This document shows positions 51,846 through 64,000 of a stretch of DNA of 64,000 nt, one piece after another. The stretch is from Octopus sinensis (Eukaryota): NCBI RefSeq assembly GCF_006345805.1, contig NW_021833870.1, positions 2,778 through 66,777 on the forward strand, read 5' to 3'. A model generated the notes under the pieces. It was not told the origin of the DNA, did not search any database, and was given only the letters and a program-made list of their open reading frames with translations. Position numbers and translations under genes: made by a program. The first letter of the stretch is position 1; each line of letters opens with the position of its first letter.

Positions 51846-52243
51846 CAACTATCCCATCAAGGCCATACAACATCACATCACCCGAAACTCTACCATCATC
51901 AACAACCCTACAGCAACTACATCCACCAACACCACGACGACGATCACCACCGCCGACGCCACCACTGCCACTACCACCACTGCTACCACTACTACAGCCA
52001 TTACCTCAACCATCACAAATACAATTACCGCTACAACAATTGGCATCATAGCTACCACAGCCACGTGATAAGCATCACGTGATCTATCATTTGCCGTCTT
52101 TGTAGTTATTACATGCTAGCGGCGTCACTTCCTTTGTTTTCTGGTACAAAGTGTTTATTGATGCAAGAACTGTATTCTGTTGATCAACCCTTCAAATACA
52201 CCTTATATACGCACCGACATACGCATATTCATATATACACACA

Positions 52244-52274
<31 letters not shown>

Positions 52275-52694
52275 CATACATACATACATACATACATACA
52301 TACATACATACATACATACATACATACAAAAATACCCTGTTGTTGATGTTGGAATTCCAATGAAGGAGCCTTGGATCTAGATTAGAAACCGGCTCTTTAT
52401 TGGCAAGAAATCTTGAAATAAAACTGAACAATGACATACATACATACATACATACATACATACATACATACATACATAGACGCACACAAAAACACACAGA
52501 CGAACGCGAATATATATACAGTAGTCCTTCGCCATATTGCAGTTCACTTATCGCGACTCACTATTTAATTTTACATCGATCCTCCGTAGAGTTGTCTTGC
52601 ATGTATAATAAAATAAATATATACAAAGAAAAGTTTTAAAAATATACAGTACATGTCTACTTCGTGGATTTTCACCTATCGCGGGGCTTTTAAA

Positions 52695-53080
52695 ACATTT
52701 GACTGTGGCCATGCTGGAGTACCACCTTTAGTCGAGCAAATCGACCCCAGGACTTATTGTTTGTAAACCTAGTACTTATTCTATCGATTTCTTTTGCCGA
52801 ACCGCTAAGTTAAGGGGACGTAAACACACCAGCATCGGTTGTCAAGCGATGTTGGGGGGGACAAACACAGAGACACATAGACACACACATACATATATAT
52901 ATATATATACATATATACGTCGGTCTTCTTTCAGTTTCCGTCTACCAAATCCACTCACAAGGCTTTAATCGGCCCGAGGCTATAGTAGAAGACACTTGCC
53001 CAAGGTGCTACGCAGTGGGACTGAACCCGGAACCACGTGGCTTGTAAGCAAGCTACTTACCACACAGCCACTCCTACGCC
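52695..53080 (-). mobile_element. Family-2 CORE-like SINE with head
   Basis: catttgactgtggccatgctggag..gacacttgcccaaggtgctacgcagtgggactgaacccgg..cttaccacacagccactcctacgcc. Confidence 0.88.
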
Positions 53081-53085
53081 TATAT

Positions 53086-53381
53086 ATCACCGTGATCACC
53101 GTGACCGACCAGGCTATCAGATGTTGCTACACATCGCTGGTCACAATGCGCTTTGCATTGTTTTAGCCTTCAAGAGACGCCACTTCGCTGGCTGAGCGAG
53201 CAGGCCAATAGAAGAAAGAGTGAGAGAAATTTGTGGCGAAAGAGTACAGCAGGGATCGCCACCACTCCCTCCGGAGCCTCGTGGAGCTTTAGGTGTTTTC
53301 GCTCAATAAACACTCACAACGCCCGGTCTGGGAATCGAAACCGCGAGTCCGCTGCCCTAACCACTGGGCCATTGGGTCTCC
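53086..53381 (-). mobile_element. tRNA-derived SINE (family 5) with a 10-bp TSD
   Basis: Minus-strand head tggcccagtggttagggcagcggactcgcggtttcgattccc; flanked by acgcctatat at 53076-53085 and 53382-53391. Confidence 0.75.
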
Positions 53382-53388
53382 ACGCCTA

Positions 53389-53557
<169 letters not shown>

Positions 53558-53568
53558 ATATATATATA

Positions 53569-53940
53569 CTAGCAGTATTGCCCGGCGTTGCTCAGGTTTG
53601 TAAGGGAAATAACTATAAAGCATTTTTAGAGAGTTATAGCCCAAAAATAGCAAAAAAATGGAAGAAAATGATGGTAAATTTTTTTTTTAGTTAAAAAGGT
53701 GGAGTTGCGTCCCCTAGACAGTTTGCGGTTTGTGTTTCTGATTGTCGACCCCATGTCGAATTATCGATTTTTTTAAGAACTGGGGGAACTTTTCAAAATT
53801 TTCGCTGCGTTAGTTTTGAATTATGACATTGGGCTATGTGTGTCAAGTTTCATCAGAATCGGTTGAAAGCCGTGGTCAGGGTGAGTACAAGCAAACAGAC
53901 ACACAGAAACACGCACAGACAAACTGCCGTTTATATATAT
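53569..53940 (-). mobile_element. Non-autonomous Helitron (second subfamily)
   Basis: Shares the 3' terminus ctagcagtattgcccggcgttgctc.ggtttgtaagggaaataac with 51312; different interior; the 5' end runs into (TA)n. Confidence 0.8.
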
Positions 53941-53942
53941 TA

Positions 53943-53986
<44 letters not shown>

Positions 53987-54152
53987 AATGTAGGATAAAA
54001 TATTTTTCGAAAAAAAATATTTTCGAAAAAATTTTATCAATGGTCAGCATATCAAAAAATACCTTTAAACGTTAAATTTATGATTTAACCTAAGTCATAT
54101 GCTCATGACTTAGTGTTTGCTTCTTCCATGGGTTTGAGTAAGTATCTCATTT

Positions 54153-54445
54153 ATTTGTCTTTTATATGCTCAAATAGAACGACGAACATAAAAACAAAAA
54201 CATAGAAACGAACATTTTTTTCAAACAACGAAAAAAAACCCAGAGAAACGAGACATACAACATAATGAATATTCCCCTTCTTCAGTTGTCCTTGTTTCAT
54301 CTACTCCGCGTTTTCGAAGGTACGGAGTAGATGAAACAGGGACAACTGAAGAAGGTGGATATTATTATGTTGTGTCTCGTTTCTCTGTTTTTGTTTTTAT
54401 GTTTTCGTTTCTCATTGTGTTCAACGTTTTTTTTATGTCCTGTAC
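54153..54445. repeat. Foldback element, core arms ~65 bp with a 14-nt loop
   Basis: 54241-54308 pairs with 54323-54387 around cgttttcgaaggta, with looser outer pairing; the outer left arm 54153-54185 matches the reverse complement of 54724-54756. Confidence 0.85.
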
Positions 54446-54514
54446 CCATATATGCATGTATATATACATATATATATAGGTATGTACATACATGTAAGTA
54501 TATATGCATATATT

Positions 54515-54571
<57 letters not shown>

Positions 54572-55264
54572 GAGATGGGGCAAAATGTTGTGTTTTTACT
54601 GCATTTTTACCTTGTCACAAACTATATTGTTTTTACAAATACTATAGCAGCTAAGCAAATGGCCTTTCTTAAATACATTACAAAAACATCGTAACATAAT
54701 CTGATCAGTATTTCAGAAAATTATCGTCGTTCTATTTGAGCCTATAAAAGACAAATTTGAATGGGGCAAAATGAGTAAGCCGAGATATGGTCAATTGGCC
54801 GCTTCAGTCCTTCAGAAAAAGAGACTCGTACACATTAATATCCATCCCAAGACATCTGAAAGATCAGAAATGCAAAAGAATTTTTAAATATCACGGTCAG
54901 ATGAAAGAGGGTCAGGGAGAAAATGGAACATTATATGAAATTAACAAAACTTTATTAAAGTAGGTAGGGAGAAAACGAGACATCTGAAGTTACACATTTC
55001 CCCCTATATGGCGAAATTGTCAGTCAAAAAGGCAGAAGGATGAGCATACTGAGATAGAAAATTAGGTGTTACACTCGTACACACACACACAGAGTTAGGA
55101 ACACAGACGAACGTTTACGAAAAGCAGTTAGAATGTTTAAGAAAATGGTCGATAAAATATATTATGTTGAACATCAACAGTGGTAAAGTAATAGTATAGG
55201 AAATGACGCAAACTTACAAGCCACGATGAATATAAATCCTACCATATATGTATATATATAAATA

Positions 55265-55300
<36 letters not shown>

Positions 55301-55505
55301 GTGTGTGTGTGTGTGTATGTGTGTGTATGTGTGTATAAACAATTGCAGCGTGGAAGTGTTTTATAAGCCATTTAAGAAACATGGCTTATAAACACCTTCC
55401 ACGCTGCAATTATTTTCGTTCAGCACACGATCTCAGATCAAGTCACTCGCTATGCAAGTATATCTCCTTAATATATATATATATATATAATATAATATAT
55501 ATATA

Positions 55506-55540
<35 letters not shown>

Positions 55541-55559
55541 GCTTGATGACATACTCTCG

Positions 55560-55937
55560 CGCGTATTGTTTCATTCATGTGCTTGAAACAACGTGCCTAA
55601 CGAATATATCTAAGGAACACTCCGTCGGTTACGACGATGCAGGTCCCAGCTGATACGATCAACAGAACAGCCTGCTCGTGAAACTAACGTGCAAGTGACT
55701 GAGCAATCCACAGGCATGTGTATCCTTAACGTAGTTCTCAGGGAGATTCAGCATGATACAGAATGTGACACTGCTGGTCCCTTTTGAAATACAGGTACTA
55801 CTCATTCTTGTTGGCTGAGTGGATTGAAGCAAAGTGAAATAAAGTGTTTTGCTCAAGGACATAGCGCATCACCGAGAATTGAACTCACGGCCTTACGATC
55901 GCAAGCAGAGTGCCCCAACCTCTAAGCCACGCGCCTC
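55560..55937 (-). mobile_element. tRNA-derived SINE (family 4)
   Basis: Minus-strand head gaggcgcgtggcttagaggttggggc..gtgagttcaattctc, then tgtccttgagcaaaacactttatttcac. Confidence 0.8.
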
Positions 55938-55939
55938 TC

Positions 55940-56090
55940 TGTTTATTTTCTCTTATTCCTTTCTGCTGAAGATCATAGGCTCGAAACGTAAAAGATTTTT
56001 TCACCTTTCCGAGTGTCAAACTAATATACATGCTTGTTGTTTATACACCTATATTCGTCTTTTGTTTTTCTGTAAATTTCAACTATACAC
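55940..56090 (+). mobile_element. PLE terminal repeat related to family C, with a hammerhead-like fold
   Basis: cttt CTGCTGA a gatc-atag-gctc GAAA C GTA aaag (55959-55994); ends aatttcaact before a microsatellite. Confidence 0.6.
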
Positions 56091-57499
56091 ACACACAACT
56101 CCGTCGTTGGCAGGTTGTCAATGAGAGAACTGTCGATAGAGCTTACTGCATTTATTCATCTCAGTCGTTCTATTTATTAAATGTAGAATATATCATAGTT
56201 AGTTGAAGAAATTATGGTATTCAAATGCTTCTTCTTTGCCAGTGTTTTTTTTTTTTTTGCAGTAAAAGTGCTCTACATTCTGTATCGAATTAATTATTTT
56301 AGATATTCAAATAAATATTCTGTGACTATAACAAGAATATTTCTAGATGCAAAGTTAACAAACTAGGAAATAAAATACATCCCATATTACTTCAAAGCAA
56401 GGTGTGACATTATAAAATATAAACATATATTTTCCCTGGATATGAGTCAGGGTGTCTAGCGAACGCATACATATTTAATTGTTCAGAAATGAAACGCTAT
56501 CATTTAATCATATTATAATTCTTAATTTTTTTGTGTTAAATAAGGAATTTTTAATGTTAAATTCATTGCAAAAGTACACATGCGTAGATGAGTCATCTCA
56601 GTTTCGTGTTTTATCTTTATTATTTTTTTAGAGTTTGCGGCATATTTTGGTTCTATTATATAAGGGAATATAATTCAAGTTACATAAAATTATTAAAATA
56701 CAAAACACCTGAGTATTGAGAAAACAGACTTTAATAATAATACCAGAAACTGGGCAGACTAGAGGAGGAGTGCTTTTTCCATCTTCCAAATTTCGAACGC
56801 TATGTATATGTGTATGTACGTACATACATACATACGTACATACATACATACATACATACATACATACATACATACATACATACATACATACATACTTACA
56901 TACATACATCATACATACATACATACATACATACATACATACATACATACATACCGCTTAATAATCTCAATGGAAACTAATCTCAAGCGGAAACTAGAGG
57001 AACATAATTAATAACCACACAAAATAAAATATATACATATATTCTTCTACATTTATAAAAATGATATAAAAATTCCAAATATATAAATATAAAAATACAT
57101 ATAGATATATATCGATGTGATACATAAAACACAATGAATTTTAGATTTAAAAGTTATAATACATCTTCTGTGTCCTCTTCAGGGATTCTCCATCCCACGT
57201 GTCTCCTGTCCTCTTCAGTCCGTTCTATTTTTCTATGGTAACCATCTTTATCTGCGCATATGTTTGCATCTGTATTTGTGTGTGAGGAGGCGTATGTGTA
57301 AGTGTGCGAGTGTATATGATTAGTGTGTGCTTTGTGTGTTTGTATATGGGTTTGTGAACTATACTGCTTGTGCTCGTGTCTTTTATATAGTATTTTTTAT
57401 CTAATTATTTCTCTATTTGTTTCTCGTTCCATCTTATGTCTGTGTATGTGTGTCTTGTGTGTGTGCTTGTATATGGGTTTATGTATTATACTGTTTGAA

Positions 57500-57680
57500 T
57501 CTGCGTTTCCTTTTCTTCTTTCATTCTATCTTTGGTCATCATGTTGCGTAGAGTGGTGGAGGGGTGTTATTGTTCCATTCATGTTTTCTGTTGGGGTTCG
57601 GTCTGTCTTGTCTACAACTATGTGTGTAGCCTCTGTAATCTGTATAAATGTCGTGCCTGTTCTGCATATTGATAATATCA
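57500..57680 (-). pseudogene. Possible PLE endonuclease C-terminal remnant
   Basis: Weak: IQITEATHIVVDKTDRTPTENMNG resembles the ..IKEAIHI....LN end of GIY-YIG PLE ORFs. Confidence 0.3.
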
Positions 57681-57992
57681 ACACATAGGGCAGGTATATA
57701 TATGCGTGTCCGTGCGCGCGTCTGTGTATGTGTATGTGTGTGTATGTGTGCGTATATGCGTACGTGCACATCCATCCATCCATACATCCATCCATCCATC
57801 TATACATACATACATACATACATACATCATACATACATACATACATACATACATATAATCCTATGCATTCACGGATATAGCAATGCAGCCATTTGTAAAA
57901 CAATTCAAAAATACAAACTCCTGAATATGCATACAAAAGCCTAATCGGAAATGCATATAAACATACAGTTACCTACATGTCAGTGTGTTTGT

Positions 57993-58030
<38 letters not shown>

Positions 58031-58054
58031 ATATATATGTAATTGACAAAATTG

Positions 58055-58193
58055 GAGTTAACAAGAAGGAGTATGGTTAGCCATATATTTTCAATCACTA
58101 CAATTGTTTCTACGCCACGTAGTTTTCCAGACAGGTAGAAGCAAACGTAATGATCTAACATAAATGTCCAACCGTACTCCTTCTTGTTGACTC
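58055..58193. mobile_element. Short MITE-like element with ~25-bp TIRs
   Basis: gagttaacaagaaggagtatggtt / aaccgtactccttcttgttgactc. Confidence 0.65.
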
Positions 58194-58546
58194 AAGTTTT
58201 TTCAATTATCTATACATACACGTAGAAAGCCCAAACGTAAACCTGGAAGTACGTATACTACAACTACTGGATAACACAAGGTGAAATCCGAAGGGGTGCG
58301 CGTGTATGTGTGTGTATTCTTTTATATGTTTCAGCTTTGAGGCTACGGCCATATATATATCATCTAAAGTAGGATAATATTTTTCGAAAAAATTTCTATC
58401 AATGGCCAGCATATTGTGTGACAGATTACATGGTTATTGACGTTATGTCTTTTTTCGGCATATTTTGGCATTAGAAAATTTTTCTTCTGCCCTTACTTAT
58501 AAATTGTATATATATATATATATTATATATTATATATATATATATC

Positions 58547-58579
<33 letters not shown>

Positions 58580-58583
58580 GATA

Positions 58584-58619
<36 letters not shown>

Positions 58620-59284
58620 CGTTGCTATTAAGCAAAAGTTTCGTATATCCAAAACATTCTTTTTTTCAGAAAACGAAAGAAATTGTCTCACCATTCCGTA
58701 GCAAAACCGTTGTACTACACTTTGACATTTTTTGATATCTTGGCATCTGAAGCAACAGGAGATACGATAGCTTGACCAAGAGAACCGGCTATTCCAAGCA
58801 AAAATAAATACTGAAAAAAATGTACTCGGCCAAATTTGGACATACTACAGTTTAACATAACACCAACGATATATATATATATATAATGCATATAGGCATT
58901 TCCTGGTAAAATTTCATATGAAGATACATATATCCACATAGCCTTACATTGTCCTGAATAACATATACGCTGATAGGCGTGAACTTAGATTCATACAGGT
59001 TTATTGAAATGCATCATACAAATGGAACGATGCTTCTGATTGTACAGGCGCACAAAAATATATGGAAAAAAAGCATCAGAAAAATTACTGAAAAATGCAA
59101 AATAAAAATATGTATAGAAAGAATATGGATGAGCATAAATTTGTATAAATACTTACATGCACCAAATGTATTCGAATCTCGATACAAAATATGAAACCCT
59201 TTGAGTGCTCAGTCACGACACACTGCAAACATATACATACATACATACATACATACATACATACATACATACATACTACATATA

Positions 59285-59331
<47 letters not shown>

Positions 59332-60234
59332 TATAATATATTATATATATATATTATATATATATATATTTAAGAATGGAATACGTATGGAAATCAAGTG
59401 ACAAATACATAATGTAGTGGATTATTATTTAAAATCTGTTTATCAATCAGTAACATTTTACAGCGAATGGATAAATTAGATAGATTTCAAAGATTATTAT
59501 AATGGCCATTTTATGAATGATGAAGTTTTATAAAAATGAATAGACATTTTGAATTAACTGCATGAATATAAAAAAATTTTTTTAAATTAAGATGTAAAAT
59601 ATATTTAGGAACGATTGGGAAATAAGTATATGAGCGAACAATTTTTCAAAAATCAATAATGTAAATTAATTGAATAAAAAATATGTAAAGAATAAAAATT
59701 GTATTTTAAAATATATGTAAAAAAATTATGTTTAAAATAATATAATAATAATGAAAATATAAATAAAAGATATGTATATTGTTTGAATTATAAAATATGA
59801 ATTCAAAATAGAAGCATAACAAATAATAAAATATAAAGCGTGAAAAAAAGGCACAACAAAGAATTAATAACAAGATGTATTTAAAAAAGTTCGAATGTAC
59901 ATATCTAATGTAATAATTAAGCCATTATAGCAGGCCTATCATAAAAAAATCTAATTACTGTAGATATAGGAACATATAATCATGGAGAACTAATGTGTTT
60001 GAGGAAGATATTTGGTTTCGTACGTGCAATTTTGAGGAATACGGAATATGGGTTCCAGATCTCAGGATACGGGTCAGGTATTAAAACATGATATACTGAA
60101 CATAGGATGTGAGCAGTGGGTTTTGTTTAGAGGTTGTTAATGGACATGGGTCTGTGGCTACTGTCGGTAACTGTTGGCTTTAAAATACATGCGCAGTAAA
60201 TGATATCGTTACCAGATGATTACTCAGTTTTTGA

Positions 60235-60960
60235 TTATGGAACTTAACTTACTCGCTCCTAATTCTTGAGACTCACGAGGCAGTCAAAATGCGCCAGTGA
60301 TCATAGTTACTCGCTTCTCTTAATGCGTCATGACATGTTCTGTCAATCAGCTGCATGTCCCTGTTGGTCGTTTAGTGCCGCTTCATCTTTGGGCGTCTTC
60401 TCCGTCTCTTTCTATAGGTTTTCCCCAGAAGGCCTTCATTCGAGAGTCTTTCACGCGAAAGTTTTATTAGGTGACGCATCCAGCTCAAGTGGTGTTTGCA
60501 CACAAACTTAGACAAAGGTTGTTGGTTGGCTCGTTGTTGCACTTCTTGGTTGGAGACGAATTCAACCCATTTGATGCCAAGAACTTTACGTATCAAAGGC
60601 GTCCATCTCTTCTCTTGAATAATCTTCATCTGTCACGTTTCGCTCCCATAAAGTAGAGTTGACAACACATTATTATTGTAGAACATCACCTTTGTCTTTT
60701 TGCTCCTGCAGATCTGTGCTTATTAAAGGAGATCAGTTCAGATTCTCTGTTCAAGGTGTGCTCAGGATAGAGCAATAAGGTTAACTAATAGGTAACAGTA
60801 TTCATTCTGATGGTATACACTTCTGCTGTCTTTAGTGTTCTATCACAGTTGGTTTTTAAGTGCCCATATGTATTTCGATGAGCTGGTGCTTTCTCTTCTA
60901 TTTGTTTATCTGAAAGAGTGGATGTGATGGTAGATTCAGAATTTGAAAGTGTTCTTGCTT
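60235..60960 (-). pseudogene. RTE-like LINE 3' fragment
   Basis: RKVLGIKWVEFVSNQEVQQRANQQPLS..LSWMRHL..GKTYRKRRRRRPK, preceded by STITSTLSDKQIE..TYGHL (cf. LGSTI...L..EI..RI..A...FG.L). Confidence 0.7.
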
Positions 60961-61189
60961 AAACAAATGTAGGATTTAGGTATTTTGTTGTTGTTGGTGG
61001 TGGTGGTGGGGAAGACATCTCGTTGCACTTAGTAGAACACCCAGTGGACAATCTGTTAACTGTCTACTTGGCAATTGTATTTTAGGTAATATTTGACATT
61101 GCAACATTATATAGGTGTGAAATTAAATGGTACCCCTGTTCTTTGCTTAACGTTATGCTAATCAAAATTTGATGATGCCTGAGTGCGTT

Positions 61190-61299
<110 letters not shown>

Positions 61300-61704
61300 A
61301 TATGTATATAGTATGTGTATGAATGTGTGTGCACGCGTATTTACTCTTCAGCGAAAGATACACACACACACACACGCATACACAGGCAACACCCATTCAG
61401 ACGTATACTTAAGAAAAACAGAAAACATGTAGATACATATTATAAATGTTTCCTTCTCATAATATCATAAACTGAATGCGATGGGAGAAACTCGCTTTGG
61501 TTATCTACGGACAGTGGTTGGAATTGTCACTAAAATTCTTCAAGCTGCAGAACATTGGAATTTAATAAACATTGTCAATGAACAGAATAATCGTAGGATT
61601 GAAGCATTCTTTTATGAACACGTTTTCCCTTAGAACTATTTCGTCTTCATATGTTGTTCTATACAAAAATAATTCTTTCTAATTTTGGTAAAAAGCAATT
61701 TGAA

Positions 61705-62375
61705 GGAAGGGGTTAATTCGATTACATCGACCTCAACACTTCACTGGGACTTTATTAATCAAAGGTGAAATGTTGAAAGTCAAAGTTCACCCCGGAAGGT
61801 GTTGAACTCAGAAGGAAAAGTGTCAAAAAATGCACAGCTAATCATTTCATCCGACACGCTGACCATTCTGTCAGCTCGGCACCAAAATAATCGCAATAAT
61901 GATGATGATAATAATAATGATTATTATTATTATTTTGGGCCCAAACCTGCAATTTTTAGAGAAAGAGGTTTGTTGATTCTATCGACCGCAGTACTGGAAT
62001 AACTACTTCATTTTATCGACTCTAGCGGGATGAAAAGCTGCAGGATTTGAACTTAGAACGTACGGTACCGGACCAAATACTTATTTGTTTATTGCCCACA
62101 AGAAGCTACACATAGACAAGGAAGCTACACATAGACATAGACAAGGACAGACAAAGGGATTAAGTCGATTACATCGGCCCCAGTGCGTAACTGGTACTTA
62201 ATTTATCGACCACGAAAGGATGAAAGGCAAAGTCGACCTCGGTGGAATTTGAATTCAGAACGTAAGACGAAATACCGCCCGCCCGGCGTGCTAACGTTTC
62301 TGCCAGCTCGCCGTCATATACAGCTAAGCATTTTTGTGACGCTCTAACGATTCAGCCAACTCACCGCCTAACATT
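61705..62375 (-). mobile_element. Cluster of family-1 SINE copies (one solo, one dimer and degraded neighbours)
   Basis: Best copy 62085-62315 has an intact core tcgaccacgaaaggatgaaaggcaaagtcgacctcggtggaatttgaa and head ctgccagctcgccgtc. Confidence 0.8.
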
Positions 62376-62519
62376 TCATCAATAACACAAGGCTTAAAAG
62401 GTTCGTCATTGCTGACGTAGAAGCATAACTCTCAAAAAATCCTCTGGTAAATAAGTTACCCAAATTCGAACATCATGTAAGAATCAAAACTAAATCCATA
62501 CAATTCATGGAAACGAGAT

Positions 62520-63400
62520 TGTGAAGGTCCGGAAACATCGAATATGAATTTAGAAATATTAATGTTCCAAATTATTTGCCAAAAATAATTTTAAGATACC
62601 ATAGGAATAGGGATAGATTTTACAGGTGGATGAACGGTCCATAGAAGATTTAGGCTTCCTGTCTTAAGCCTGGATAGTACTCCATGAAAATTCCTTCCGC
62701 TAATTCTAATTGTTTTCTCCAAAACTTTCTCCCACCTAATCGATTAAGCATGCATGCTATCCCCAAACCTCTCGGAATGATTACCAGTCTCTTAAAGGAG
62801 ACAATGGGAATGACAAACAGTTTACAGACAAAGTTCTTCTCGAGGAGAAATCTATCAAATAGTTAATGCAATTTCAAGCGGTTCGAATGTTGATATCATC
62901 GAGTTATGCATCAAACAGTTGCTACTTCGAAGATGACATAGAAACATTAAATCTTCTTGGCAATATGAGAGCAACAAGGAAGATAAATTTTCGACGTTGC
63001 TCCTAAAAATTAGTGATAGATTTCTAGAAAGGATGTGTCGTTGGGGTGGGGAGTGGGGTACAAATACTATTAAAATTTCTTAGGATATGGCTGCCGAAGG
63101 AAATATAACTGGGAGAATGTAAAGCGAATTCTTTGATGCCGCGAGAGAAGAAGCAAACGATGAAATTTCACTAAAATCTTCTCAACAAGAAATAAAAAGG
63201 CACAAATATTTAAATAGACCGTATTTTCGGTCATTCACGTGAAAGTGTAAAGCCACCGGTTAATGATGGTGAAAACTTAGCAATAGGTTTCTTCATCCAT
63301 CGTGTTCTTTAATGAAAAAACTTTATCGCAATTTCCACCACAGGATCTGAAACAAAAGAAAAGTTCCTTAATAATGTTTTGTCGAAATTTGAATCCAAGG
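62520..63400 (+). pseudogene. Highly decayed Helitron Pif1-like helicase
   Basis: Across shifting frames: EGPETSN (Walker A region), TGG*TVHRRFRLPV, NDKQFTDKVLL, YQIVNAISSGS, ETLNLLGNMRA, FSTLLLKISD and FPPQDLKQKKSSLIMFCRNLNP, collinear with the RepHel helicase. Confidence 0.75.
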
Positions 63401-64000
63401 TTTAGACATTTAATTAGCACTCTCCATGTCTTTATATGCAGATTACATTAAATCGATACTTTTGTATACAAACTCAAAAAGAGAAAAGTAAGTCAAGAAG
63501 TATAAAACCCGGTGAGTGCTTATATTGCTTATATGTGTTCTTTCATTATTTCTCAGTTTCTTAAGGAAATATGCTACACTTAGCAAAATGTATTGTTATA
63601 GAATTAATCTAAACGGCAAGTAAAAAAAAAACGAGTTACTTTTTGAAAAATCACCTGAAGAGAGGCGTCTGCACCTATTAAAGCATGACAGTTGTTTGTA
63701 CAGCATCTCACTTGTAAGGTACGGATGCATTAGGGGTCGAAACGATCGTAGTAGTTCTGAATAATGAGTTTCGAGAATTCTATTTTTGTCTCTCAACTTT
63801 ATATATGTGCGTGTGAGTGTGTGCGCACAGATACATTCATACCACATACACACATACATTACATACATACATACATACATATCACAATACATGTGTGTGT
63901 GGAGGAGGAAAGTGCATGACTACGGATACATTTATGAATGTGCATATATATGTATGAATATATGTGTGTGTATGTGTGCATATATATATATATACCATAT

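Noticed and set aside
61481-61633. 50-aa ORF MGETRFGYLRTVVG
   Set aside because: Short with no recognisable motif; expected by chance.

Overview
AT-rich, repeat-saturated eukaryotic DNA in which I cannot recognise any host protein-coding exon. The tRNA-derived SINE families suggest an octopod cephalopod (Octopus-like); this is inferred from repeat sequence, not from a search. Content: dense (TA)n, (CA)n, (TATG)n, (TAGA)n and (TAA)n microsatellites, which account for almost all ORF-track entries; several SINE families, often as tandem multimers; Penelope-like element (PLE) remnants, including one 2.1-kb RT+GIY-YIG copy with an inverted tail; two R4/Dong-like RLE non-LTR fragments embedded in (TAA)n; RTE-like LINE fragments; Helitron derivatives (one with helicase and both termini, two non-autonomous, one cryptic helicase); a mariner deletion derivative; hAT and other MITEs; foldback hairpins; and an 871-bp tandem duplication. 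The strongest candidate for an undescribed system is a ~300-bp element combining a tRNA-like Pol III head, an (AAT/AAC)n spacer and a PLE-type minimal hammerhead ribozyme (7334-7627, plus an inverted pair at 41605-42159), possibly a ribozyme-bearing SINE mobilised by PLEs. Also notable are a PLE terminal-repeat family with hammerhead-like folds altered at core position 6, and a 2.5-kb extremely AT-rich island with vestigial PLE RT motifs. All protein-family calls come from manual translation and motif recall; no search was run.
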